Source of the DNA: Octopus bimaculoides
Taxonomy: Eukaryota
Reading direction: 5' to 3'
DNA: 35,002 bases
NCBI RefSeq assembly: GCF_001194135.2
Contig: NC_069002.1
Span: forward strand, 32,763,105-32,798,106
The notes beneath the pieces are model-generated. The model saw nothing but the letters and a program-made list of their open reading frames with translations. It was not told the origin of the DNA and did no database searches. Shown one piece after another: positions 11,988 through 24,055 of this stretch. Positions within the stretch are counted from its first letter, which is position 1. Each line of letters starts with the position of its first letter. The position numbers and the translations under genes are program-made.

Positions 11988-12635
11988 CTGAAATTCCCAG
12001 TAAATCATAACAGAAGGGCGCAAGGGGATTTATTATCGAAATGCAAATGATCTGTTGCTGAGCCACTTTCACATGACCAGTATGTCTCAGTGAGCAGGGC
12101 TTGTATAGAAGTATATGTTCTTGGATGACCAACTGAAGTGTCTAGTTTGCACTGGGCCTTTGGGCATTCTGTGAGTAACCTTCGCCCGGAAGCAATTCCG
12201 TGATATGCTAATAAACGCATACCCCGGACCATGCTTCTGTTCAGGGACAGGTTAGACCTGCAAGCAATAGTGGTTACGAGATGGTTGCAATCTTCTCAGA
12301 AAACATGAATTTCATAACCAGATCTCCACAAGTAGCTACAAACATAAAAAAAACATATACAGACAAACAAGCATATACACACACTTGTATATGTTGGAAT
12401 ATGCTGTAAGTGTTACAAAAGAACGAAACAATATTTGATTCTTGATTGAAACAGAAATAAGAAATTTGAAAGTTAAAAGTATGAAATAAAACTGGGTACA
12501 TACAGCGGTGAATCTATCAACTAGTTTGGGAATATCACAAGTGTAGAATTGATAGTAAGACGTACCTGGAAAACAAAAAAAAAAACATTAGATTACTAAA
12601 GATGTTTTAGATTAATTAGTATCACGCACATATAC

Positions 12636-12639
<4 letters not shown>

Positions 12640-12680
<41 letters not shown>
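12640..12680. repeat. (AT)n microsatellite
   Basis: Direct reading. Confidence 0.95.
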
Positions 12681-12683
<3 letters not shown>

Positions 12684-13473
12684 AAGGAAAAGAACCAAGT
12701 TTCATGAACTCATCGATGAAAATCCACCATCACATATAAAAAAATTAATAATTAAAAGCATAATAAATGAGCATAATATAAAGTAAATATCATGCTATGG
12801 GTGCCGTCTGCGATCAACATGAACCAGTTTATTCTATAAGCAATGCCTTCAATATAACCGAATATCCTGTTGTCTGTTCTTTTAAGATGTGATCAGTTGT
12901 ATGGAAACGCAGTGATGTAGTTAGGGCCACAAATACATCATTTCCTGACCAGTCTATTTGAGTACGCTTCTAGATTAAGTTTGAACGCTATGGAGACGCA
13001 GTGAGACTGCGACAGATGATGCTCCTCTATGCATATCATTGATAAATTCCTCCAGTATTCGGTACTAACGAGGTTATTGAAAGAAGCCGTTGTTATTGTA
13101 AGCTTGTGTTGTCTTCGTTTGTTTGTTCGGTCTAGTGAGACCATTTTATTTTTAGGAATAAGTCGCATTTGTGATCTGTGAGGTTGAAGATGTGTCTAGC
13201 CTCAATGTGAAAGATTGCGGTGTTGGGCGATTGGCATGGGAGTGAGGTAATGTTTTCTTTCTTCTTTTTGGTTTCGTGGATAACATGAACATGTAATAGC
13301 TGTTTTTAGATGGAGGCAAATATCTGATACTCTACATATTTGTGAATGTCAAATTGCGTGGCGTTGGAATGGCTTTGAGTGTGTGATGCTTGTATGTGTT
13401 CGTGTGATTACAATACTTTATCAACTACTTCAAGATATGATAGAAGTTTGCAAAACTTGAAGGGATATCCATC

Positions 13474-13710
<237 letters not shown>

Positions 13711-14461
13711 GAATGTAAATACGTCTATACACATACAAAATACTCACACACACACATATATAGTAAAGAAGTAAAGAGCCCTCACAAGAGACCCATCGAT
13801 CAATAATAATAATGTTGCTGTCTTCTAAATGGAAATGTATGCATTCTTCAATGAAATTCTACTTCGATTTCTTCTTTGAAGTGACTGAGAGTCGCATTCG
13901 GATAAAAATAATTAAGGTTCGATTCTATACCAGAAATAAAATAAAAAAAAGAGAAACAACAACAGCAAAAAACTGTATTTTGCAGAAACACATCAAATGG
14001 ATAAAATATAGAAGTTATTTTTTTTTCTTGCAAACAAATATATTCGTCGTAGATTGTTGATGTAGATGAGAAACAAATACAAACCATATAGAAAAAAAAT
14101 AACGAAATAAAAAAAACCGTATAACTTAATACAGAATCCTGAAAGTTAGCAGTAGTTTTAAATAACATGATTAGTAATACTGGTTAAAAGAAACTGTAAC
14201 TTGTTATCATAGAAAGATTTTTTTCTCAACGTCGCTCTGTGCTACAGTTGACCACTGGAAACTAATAGATTCGAATATAGAAACACCCACACGCATCTTT
14301 TTCCCATCGTCGTGTAATAATACAAGATGGTGCAGGTTTCTATTTGATTTTTGCTCTCTGTTCTTTCTAAATGTAAAGTCTAATTTTTCTGAGACATAAT
14401 GAATATTTTGTTCATTAAACACCCACTCAGTATATGTTGTTGTTGGCACTCCGTCGCTTAC

Positions 14462-14526
14462 GACAGCTGCGCCACCGGTATAAAACTCTTAATATCAAGT
14501 AACATTTCTAATACAACACCGATTAA
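14462..14526 (-). CDS. Weak candidate small exon (phase 0-2, 65 nt): LIGVVLEMLLDIKSFIPVAQL(S)
   Basis: Acceptor tgtctccgtgtacag|TT, donor GTC|GTAAGC; phase matches the acceptor at 12335. Confidence 0.2.
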
Positions 14527-15499
14527 CTGTACACGGAGACATACACATGATATTCAGTTTCATGAGAATATGAAAGATTGAAGCTCTGATGTACGAGTCA
14601 GAAACCGCATCTACCGAACCAAATGAAATCGTAACAGTCTTCAGTAAGCAATGTAAAAGTATAGTCGACGATAATTTTAAAAATAGACATTTCAACAGCA
14701 TAACAGCTAAAAAAGTTTATGGACAAGTTATCTACACTCGACAGAATGTCACGATATTCATAGCAGAGCACAATACTAAAATAAATAAAAATATAACATA
14801 GTAGTCATAAACAAAATACAAAAAATATACACACAACTGACGATGTGTAAATCTAACAACAATGTAAATTCAGTAGAAATATCTACACTAATGGCATCGG
14901 CATTGTTCTGATAAAAAATACCGCAGCATTATTTCACACATATGATGAGACTGTCAAATCATAGAAACGGTTATGATTGAATTAACTTCTTTAATGCGTT
15001 AAGCAAACTGTGAGTAACTCATGGAAATCTGAAACATTATCATGAGACAATGTACGACAATGGGCTGGCTGTGCGCTTCTGTGATATTACAAGGATCTCC
15101 AAACATACGTAATCTCCCCAGATCATTATCATTCATTTCATGCAGCGGTCATCACGTCGTGTCGTTGAGCAAAGCAATTCGTTTTACATTGCGCTGATCC
15201 AGGCACCTCCACATGTGTGCCAATCGAATGCTGACGCAATCCCCCCTCTCTCTCTATCAATATATCTATCTATATCAATCTCTCTTACTTTCTGCCACAT
15301 GCATACACACACTCTCTGTGTGTCTCTCTTCCTGCCACATGCACATGCACTCTCTCGCTCTCTCTTCCCCTCTCTTTGTCTCTATTTATCTCTCTTACCG
15401 TGGATGTATTGCCGGGTTATTAATGAAATGGCCCAAAGGCTGTTTCAATGAGCTCGACAAAAACAATTAACGTAAACAGAAAACAACCACAACCATACG

Positions 15500-15539
15500 C
15501 GACTAAAAGTGCACTATACAGAAACACACACGCACACAA

Positions 15540-15573
<34 letters not shown>

Positions 15574-15885
15574 TCAAATACAGACATGCACACAAACACA
15601 CACACACAAACACACACACACAAACACAGCAACACTCACACACATACAAATATATGCATATATAAACATATACATATATATAGGTATATATATAAATATA
15701 TATGTGTGTGTGTGTGTGTGTATGTGTGTGTGTGAGAGAGAGAGTGTGTGAGTGTGCATACAGATATAAATGTATACGTATATGTATGTTAATATATTCT
15801 GCCTAACTACCTACGTATACAGATATGGACATATATGCACGAATATATATACTTACATAAGCACACACACACACACACACACATA

Positions 15886-15928
<43 letters not shown>

Positions 15929-15990
15929 CCTACGTGGATGTGTGTGTGTGAGTGTGCATGTGTGTGTCTGTGTGTGTTTGTGTGCATTCA
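15500..15990. repeat. (AC)n/(AT)n/(GT)n compound microsatellite region
   Basis: Direct reading. Confidence 0.95.
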
Positions 15991-16163
15991 TGCACACGCA
16001 AAGAGGCATATCCACAGAATTATCTAAATAATTATATATATGTGTGTGTATACAGCAGGAACGCTCATTTCATAGCATATCCTAAACACAAATGCACACA
16101 CACACACACACAAACACAGGCAAACACAATTATCTCTGTTGAATACCACTCTTGAAAATTTCA

Positions 16164-16180
16164 TTCCAAAATGGCGGCGC
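16164..16180 (+). promoter_or_regulatory. YY1/Pho-like motif CAAAATGGCGGC
   Basis: Matches the AANATGGCGGC consensus; the same 14-mer ttccaaaatggcgg recurs at 18204-18217. Confidence 0.3.
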
Positions 16181-16528
16181 AGTCACATCGCAACGTTTTG
16201 TAAGATCTAATTGCTTGATTAAATTACATGACTTAATGTCAACGGACAAGCCTTAAGGAATTGATAAATAAATTGGTCTTATATTTTGCTATATTTTCAA
16301 ACTATTCAATCCATTTCAAATACAATTCCTGTAGAAAATTATCACTGCAAGCAATAATACCAGCGAAATTGGAACTTAATGCTTGTGATGATGTGATAGG
16401 GATGTTGAGGGGGATCGAAGCAGAATGCATAAATGATTTTAGGGGAAGCGGGGTGGTGTGGGGGTGTGGATGGCGCGAGACGTCGTCTTATGGTAAGGAT
16501 TTTTTCCCCTCCCACTCTATGCAATGAC

Positions 16529-16618
16529 ATAATAATAATAATAATAATAATAATACTAATGATAATAATAATAATAATAATAATAATAATATTAATAATA
16601 ATAATAATAATAATAATA
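16529..16618. repeat. (AAT)n microsatellite abutting the 3' end of a family A SINE
   Basis: Direct reading. Confidence 0.95.
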
Positions 16619-16758
16619 ACTGGTACTTAATTTATCGACCCTGAAACGATAAAAGGCAATGTCGACCTCCGCGGAATTTGAAATCAGAACGTAACGGCAG
16701 ACGAAATAACGCTAAGCATTTCGCCCGGCGTGCTAACGTTTCTGCCAGCTCGCCACCT
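16619..16758 (-). mobile_element. tRNA-derived SINE, family A (head AGGTGGCGAGCTGGCAG), ending at AAGTACCAGT plus (TAT)n
   Basis: By eye about 88% identical over 78 nt to 21239-21316; B-box-like GATTTCAAATTCC. Confidence 0.9.
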
Positions 16759-16782
16759 CTATGAGGATGATCNNNNNNNNNN

Positions 16783-16952
16783 CGCGTTGTGTTCTGGAGC
16801 AAAACACTTCATTTCACGTTGCTCCAGTCCACTCAGCTGGCAAAAGTGAGAAACGCTGCGATGGACTGGCGTCCCGTCCAGCTGGGGAACGCATATGCCA
16901 TTGAAACCGGGAAACCGGGCCCATGAGCCTGGCTACGCTGTATAAGGGCGCA
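16783..16952 (+). mobile_element. Family B SINE body (CORE-like domain plus shared 3' tail); head lost in or before the 10-N gap
   Basis: GCGTTGTGTTCTGGAGCAAAACACTTCATTTCACGTTGCTC matches 4365-4405; tail GCGATGGACTGGCGTCCCGTCCAGCTG...GCCCATGAGCCTGGCTA matches reverse complements at 18.4 kb and 30.7 kb. Confidence 0.88.
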
Positions 16953-18203
16953 TTTATTTTAATTATTATATAGCATGTATGTATTCGCATAAATTTTTGT
17001 ATAACCGTAAGTTTGTACGCCCGTTTATGTGAGAGATATTTTCAGAGAATGCGTGGAATAGAGCGATATATAGATCGAGAGACAAATTGTGTTCAGTCTG
17101 TCTCTGTACATATGTTTCCAAAGGCATGTATACATATATGAATATACACGCAGATATATGTATGTAAGTAAAACTTTAAGCATTAGTCATGTACCTAACC
17201 GGTGAACCACGTTCGCTGCTTATGCCTACCTGACGTCATCGACATTATTTAGAAGATTATCACTGGATCTACCTGAGGAATTCCTTAGATTTCATGGAGT
17301 AAATAACAAACGACAGATGCAAAAACTAGAATGTACAAGAAACTTTATTGTTGACACCGATAAAATTTCTCGTATATTCCATTTTCATTCCTTATCATAT
17401 ATATATATATATATANNNNNNNNNNNNNNNNNNNNNNNNNNNNNNNNNNNNNNNNNNNNNNNNNNNNNNNNNNNNNNNNNNNNNNNNNNNNNNNNNNNNN
17501 NNNNNNNNNNNNNNNNNNNNNNNNNNNNNNNNNNNNNNNNNNNNNNNNNNNNNNNNNNNNNNNNNNNNNNNNNNNNNNNNNNNNNNNNNNNNNNNNNNNN
17601 NNNNNNNNNNNNNNNNNNNNNNNNNNNNNNNNNNNNNNNNNNNNNNNNNNNNNNNNNNNNNNNNNNNNNNNNNNNNNNNNNNNNNNNNNNNNNNNNNNNN
17701 NNNNNNNNNNNNNNNNNNNNNNNNNNNNNNNNNNNNNNNNNNNNNNNNNNNNNNNNNNNNNNNNNNNNNNNNNNNNNNNNNNNNNNNNNNNNNNNNNNNN
17801 NNNNNNNNNNNNNNNNNNNNNNNNNNNNNNNNNNNNNNNNNNNNNNNNNNNNNNNNNNNNNNNNNNNNNNNNNNNTATATATATATATACATATACATAT
17901 GTATGTGTGCCTGTATACAGCAAGGACAGTGAGCGCATGAGTGGAAGATACAGAGGGAGAGTGAGTGAGAGAGAGAGAGAGAGAGAGAGAGTGGGAGAGA
18001 AATTGAGAGAGAAGGGGGGGAAAGGAGAGATCTTGAATTTTCTGTAGGAAATAATTCGAAATATTTCGCTAAGCCGATTTTGTATTTGCGCAATTGAATT
18101 AGATTCGCTTTATTTAATAAATGACTAAATTACATTGAACGACGATTCAATGTGATGAATAGACGGAGAAATGAGACCTATAATTGATTATTGATATGAG
18201 TAT

Positions 18204-18217
18204 TTCCAAAATGGCGG
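18204..18217 (+). promoter_or_regulatory. Second YY1/Pho-like motif CAAAATGGCGG
   Basis: Identical 14-mer to 16164-16177. Confidence 0.25.
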
Positions 18218-18351
18218 TTCTGTAGAGCTGCAGACGACCCAGGTCTGAGAAAAAGAGACGGATTTGATCTCTGTTTGAACCAGACAATGCGCCGTGTTAT
18301 TATCTGAATTTACATAAGACAATGGCAGATTCTTTATGTTGGGTCTTGATC

Positions 18352-18664
18352 TGCCCGGCTTCCCAGTTTCTATTGCGTATGTGCCCCCCCCCCCAACTGG
18401 ACGGGACGCCAGTCCATCGCAGCCTTTTACTCAAGAAACAGGAAGAAAGAATGAGAGAAAGCTGGGGCGAAAGAGTACAACAGAGGTCGCTACCATCCCC
18501 TGGAGGAGCCTCGTGGAGCTTTAGATATTTTCGCTCAATAAATACACACAATATCCGGGTCTGGGAATCGAAAGCGCGATTCTCCGGCCGGGAGTCCACT
18601 GCCCTAACCACTGTGCCATTGCGCCTCCACTGGGCCATTGCGCCTCCACTGGGCCATTGCGCTT
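18352..18664 (-). mobile_element. Family B tRNA-derived SINE with non-CORE central domain and triplicated 5' end
   Basis: Minus strand: (AGGCGCAATGGCCCAGTGG)x3 approximately, TTAGGGCAGTGGACTC, B-box-like TTTCGATTCCC, central ACTCTTTCGCCCCAGCTTTCTCTC and shared tail; colinear with 30695-30966. Confidence 0.92.
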
Positions 18665-19269
18665 CTCGTAACCATAGGGGAAGTTAAGTGTTGTGAAAGT
18701 ATTTACGCGGCTAACAATTGACTTCTTACAGAGTTATTCAACTTGGTAGCCATAACATCGTAATCATCATTGAATCACAAATAAAGCGAATACGACACAG
18801 CATAGTAACATATTAAACACGGAATGCCAGGGTTGATTAGATAATATATTCATCGATACAACTGAACAGACGAGATGGTCACGCCTAGAATGGTACACTG
18901 ATGAGTGCGAATTTTGTTGATCAAGATTGACTGAAGTGGTGAGACAATATGGTGGTAGGCAATCGACTTAAAACATACTATGTACACCTGTACCACCACC
19001 ACCACTAAAACCACCACCACNNNNNNNNNNNNNNNNNNNNNNNNNNNNNNNNNNNNNNNNNNNNNNNNNNNNNNNNNNNNNNNNNNNNNNNNNNNNNNNN
19101 NNNNNNNNNNNNNNNNNNNNNNNNNNNNNNNNNNNNNNNNNNNNNNNNNNACAATGACAACAATAACACCAACAAGAACAACGGAAAACGAGTCGCTGTG
19201 TAGTTTTAGATAATTGAGTAGAAATAATTACGGCGTCATTTCCTTGAGCCGAAAGCAATAAATGTATTA

Positions 19270-19294
19270 AAATAAATAAATAAATAAATAAATG

Positions 19295-19357
<63 letters not shown>

Positions 19358-19460
19358 TGAAGAAGAAGAAGAAGAAGAAGAAGAAGAAGAAGAAGAAGAA
19401 TACCAAAATCAATCAATAAATAAATAATGATAACAATAATAATACAACTAAATAAATAAA
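19270..19460. repeat. (AAAT)n(AAT)n(AAG)n compound microsatellite
   Basis: Direct reading. Confidence 0.95.
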
Positions 19461-19891
19461 TGAATACACGACTGGATGAAAAATGGTGAAATTTGAAATT
19501 TGTTTCGGAGTTTTAATAGAGTTACTAATTCGGTTGTGATTAAAAATGTATAAATTGTAAATAAGGTAATACACGGAGAGAATGACTTTTTTCTTCTGTC
19601 GTCTGCTGACTATGTTTTCTGTTTAATTATTTTGCCGTTAATATAGATTTAAAACAACTATTGTACAGCGTATAACATCTGGCTGTTTGGTTGAAAACGA
19701 TAGCTGTACACTCTGTGTATACGTGAGAATAAATGGAGAGTCGATTCAACGAGAGTGTCTTTATTGATCTAGTTGATACTGGTATTAGAATTAGCTGTAA
19801 CGTTCCTATTAAATTAATCACAATTTACTGTTATAAATAAGAAATAAAACAATAATTATAATAATAAAACAGATTGAATAAAGTAGGCTGC

Positions 19892-19955
19892 GTATGTATG
19901 TATGTATGTATGTATGTATGTATGTATGTATGTTTGTTTGTATGTATGTATGTAT
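19892..19955. repeat. (TATG)n microsatellite
   Basis: Direct reading. Confidence 0.95.
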
Positions 19956-21238
19956 GCTCCTTTCCGTTTCTAATTCTTGAAATTCTTCCTTCGAAGAAAG
20001 ATCTGGTTTTCTGGAATGTGGCAAACAAAAATGTGTCACCTTTAAACCTAAGAAATTTCTTACAGAGTCTTATCGTTCTGCTTACAGATTGTATTTCGAC
20101 GTAGTACGTATAGTCGTCGTCATCATCATGACCATCATCATCATCATCAGAATTGCTGTATATATGTATATGGATATATATATATATATATATNNNNNNN
20201 NNNNNNNNNNNNNNNNNNNNNNNNNNNNNNNNNNNNNNNNNNNNNNNNNNNNNNNNNNNNNNNNNNNNNNNNNNNNNNNNNNNNNNNNNNNNNNNNNNNN
20301 NNNNNNNNNNNNNNNNNNNNNNNNNNNNNNNNNNNNNNNNNNNNNNNNNNNNNNNNNNNNNNNNNNNNNNNNNNNNNNNNNNNNNNNNNNNNNNNNNNNN
20401 NNNNNNNNNNNNNNNNNNNNNNNNNNNNNNNNNNNNNNNNNNNNNNNNNNNNNNNNNNNNNNNNNNNNNNNNNNNNNNNNNNNNNNNNNNNNNNNNNNNN
20501 NNNNNNNNNNNNNNNNNNNNNNNNNNNNNNNNNNNNNNNNNNNNNNNNNNNNNNNNNNNNNNNNNNNNNNNNNNNNNNNNNNNNNNNNNNNNNNNNNNNN
20601 NNNNNNNNNNNNNNNNNNNNNNNNNNNNNNNNNNNNNNNNNNNNNNNNNNNNNNNNNNNNNNNNNNNNNNNNNNNNNNNNNNNNNNNNNNNNNNNNNNNN
20701 NNNNNNNNNNNNNNNNNNNNNNNNNNNNNNNNNNNNNNNNNNNNNNNNNNNNNNNNNNNNNNNNNNNNNNNNNNNNNNNNNNNNNNNNNNNNNNNNNNNN
20801 NNNNNNNNNNNNNNNNNNNNNNNNNNNNNNNNNNNNNNNNNNNNNNNNNNNNNNNNNNNNNNNNNNNNNNNNNNNNNNNNNNNNNNNNNNNNNNNNNNNN
20901 NNNNNNNNTGTATGTGGATGTTTGCTTATATATATATAGTGGATTGAAAGATTGTTCAGAATTCAATTAATAAACGCACTTCGAACAGTCTAAGATTAAA
21001 ACACTGAAGTGTACCACTTCTATTATGTGTATAAGAACGTGAACTAGCACGAGCTTTTATATTTCGTCTGAAGGAAAAATCGCAAAGTGTCTTGTGTGTT
21101 AAAAACACTTCGCTTCCTTCAGAACATTGCTGGGAGCAAATACTAATGCATTTCACATACAACTCTTTTTTGCGATGGTTGTTTTTTCTATCGCTGTTCT
21201 ACAGTTGTATAAACACTTTCAATATCATACGCACCAGA

Positions 21239-21424
21239 AGGTGGCGAGCTGATAGAAATGCTAGCACGCCGGGCGAAATGCTTAGCGGTATTTCTTCTGT
21301 CTTTACGTTCTGAGTTCAAATTTCACCGTGATCGTCGTTGCATTTCGTCCTTCTGGGTATATAAATTAAGTACTAGTTGCGTACTGGGGTCGATCTAATC
21401 GACTGACACCCTGCCCCAAAATTT
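21239..21424 (+). mobile_element. tRNA-derived SINE, family A, longer copy running into a gap
   Basis: Head AGGTGGCGAGCTG, B-box-like GAGTTCAAATT 21312-21322, then AAATTAAGTACTAGTTGCGTACTGGGGTCGATCTAATCGACT. Confidence 0.9.
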
Positions 21425-21822
21425 NNNNNNNNNNNNNNNNNNNNNNNNNNNNNNNNNNNNNNNNNNNNNNNNNNNNNNNNNNNNNNNNNNNNNNNNNNNN
21501 NNNNNNNNNNNNNNNNNNNNNNNNNNNNNNNNNNNNNNNNNNNNNNNNNNNNNNNNNNNNNNNNNNNNNNNNNNNNNNNNNNNNNNNNNNNNNNNNNNNN
21601 NNNNNNNNNNNNNNNNNNNNNNNNNNNNNNNNNNNNNNNNNNNNNNNNNNNNNNNNNNNNNNNNNNNNNNNNNNNNNNNNNNNNNNNNNNNNNNNNNNNN
21701 NNNNNNNNNNNNNNNNNNNNNNNNNNNNNNNNNNNNNNNNNNNNNNNNNNNNNNNNNNNNNNNNNNNNNNNNNNNNNNNNNNNNNNNNNNNNNNNNNNNN
21801 NNNNNNNNNNNNNNNNNNNNNN

Positions 21823-21881
<59 letters not shown>

Positions 21882-21905
21882 CAGACTGAGAGAGACAGAG
21901 AGAGA
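21823..21905. repeat. (AG)n microsatellite
   Basis: Direct reading. Confidence 0.95.
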
Positions 21906-22061
21906 GTTCGGATGTAAGAGAAATGTTTGAGAATGTACTAGTTAAATGTAAGGGAAGAACTTGTAAAATCAGAAGCAGAATTAAATACTGTAAAGCGATG
22001 GAAGAAATGACACAGCTGCAGAAATGACTTGCCACATCATTGATGCCAGACTATATTGACT

Positions 22062-22240
22062 TTTGCTTTACCCTTGGGTAACATCGGTGTGGTGGAGAGG
22101 GTGGTTGATGGTAATCATGGGCGACTGCTGGCCTTCCATAAACAAACTTGCCGAGACTTGTACCTCAGAGGCGAACTTTCTAGGTGCAATCCCACTGTCA
22201 TGCATCGAAACTGCCATGAATGACCGAAGGGGACCTTATG
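22062..22240 (+). mobile_element. Probable 3' portion of an interspersed retroposon (SINE/LINE tail)
   Basis: GC-richer block (TTACCCTTGGGTAACATCGG...CATGGGCGACTGCTGG...CTTTCTAGGTGCAATCCC...ATGACCGAAGGGG) that resembles, from memory, an octopus repeat tail; no second copy in this window. Confidence 0.45.
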
Positions 22241-22732
22241 TAGGATGAGTAGGACACAGAAATAATGAGATGTTAACATTCCGATATGATGATGTTCAGT
22301 TAGTTATTTTTAAAAGTCAGTGTTTTTTCCGAAACTATTTACGAAAAATTATGCAAGACTATCCGCTTTATGTGGAGACTAAGGGATATTACTAACATAA
22401 CTTTTGATGTTAAATGCGAATGAATACTGTGTTGCTAGACTACGTATGGTGTTTAACATACTATGAACGTTATGTTCTCCGATGGTTTGCAAAGTAAATT
22501 CATTCAATAAATATTTGTAACGTATTTGTAGATGCATTCACAAGAGATATAAAATGGTGAAGTGTTTTAAACCATTCATTAGATACAGATTGCATTTTAA
22601 ATATACAATGCAAAATACGTTGACACGGAACCGGGATTACAGATGATCGACATAAAAAAATATGATAGTTTATTAAATCACACACATATATGCACACAGG
22701 CACATACACACACGTACATACATTCTCATACA

Positions 22733-22767
<35 letters not shown>

Positions 22768-23140
22768 NNNNNNNNNNNNNNNNNNNNNNNNNNNNNNNNN
22801 NNNNNNNNNNNNNNNNNNNNNNNNNNNNNNNNNNNNNNNNNNNNNNNNNNNNNNNNNNNNNNNNNNNNNNNNNNNNNNNNNNNNNNNNNNNNNNNNNNNN
22901 NNNNNNNNNNNNNNNNNNNNNNNNNNNNNNNNNNNNNNNNNNNNNNNNNNNNNNNNNNNNNNNNNNNNNNNNNNNNNNNNNNNNNNNNNNNNNNNNNNNN
23001 NNNNNNNNNNNNNNNNNNNNNNNNNNNNNNNNNNNNNNNNNNNNNNNNNNNNNNNNNNNNNNNNNNNNNNNNNNNNNNNNNNNNATATATATGGAGACAT
23101 ACGTATATATAGACATAAAATAAAATGTATATGTATGCAC

Positions 23141-23210
23141 CCTTCTCTCACTTTCTCTCACTTTCTCTCACTTTCTCTCACTTTCTCTCACTTTCTCTCA
23201 CTTTCTCTCA
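23141..23210 (+). repeat. 10-bp tandem repeat (CTTTCTCTCA)x7
   Basis: Direct reading; the first unit has one substitution. Confidence 0.97.
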
Positions 23211-23213
23211 GTG

Positions 23214-23258
<45 letters not shown>

Positions 23259-23283
23259 CTCTCTCTATCTATATATCTATCTA

Positions 23284-23335
<52 letters not shown>

Positions 23336-23510
23336 CATATATATACATATATATGCATATATATATTGTATATGTTTATATACGCACACACACGCATATT
23401 AATATATATATATATGTATATATATATATATGTACATATATACATACATATATACATACACATATATATATATTTATAATATATGATATATTATATATAT
23501 ATGTGTGTAT
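23211..23510. repeat. (ATCT)n(CT)n(AT)n compound microsatellite
   Basis: Direct reading. Confidence 0.95.
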
Positions 23511-23995
23511 TCTATTAAACCATATTATATATCATATCTTATGTGATATTATATTATATTATATCTGTATATCATTACTATATCCTCACTTAATTTTTAT
23601 CATTTCATATTTCCGTTTTAGTTAAATGAGCACCCTATAATGATGTTTTTATGAATAATTCAAGAATCCATCTCCCTTCTATTTGAATATGATCATTCCT
23701 AAATAATACGTTTATAAAAATTATAATACCATTGATTCCGGTTTTTCGATTTTCTTTTCTTTTTACAATTGTCATGCAAAGTTATAAACCCAACGCATCA
23801 AGGAATTTCATTAGAGTTACATAAGAAAACTTTCAGTGACTATTCTGATACATTTCAATACAGACGTCGAGAAAGTTTAACACAAAATAGCAATATAAGA
23901 CTTCATGTAATGTTTGCCAGAATAATGTAACTTATTTATCGTCTCACAATGTCCTTATTAAAATACGAAAGAAATATTGTGTGTATATGTATCTA

Positions 23996-24055
<60 letters not shown>

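Noticed and set aside
11823-12143. Reading of this block as a LINE 3' end (SLRHTGHV ~ RLRWxGHV; GRTPWQIYTRIVNQDL ~ GRPxxxWxxxIxxDL)
   Set aside because: Motif spacing is longer than expected and residues match poorly; near-consensus splice sites favour an exon. Not fully excluded.
18608-18664. CRISPR-like direct repeats
   Set aside because: Three head-to-tail 19-mers with no spacers, eukaryotic context, no cas genes.
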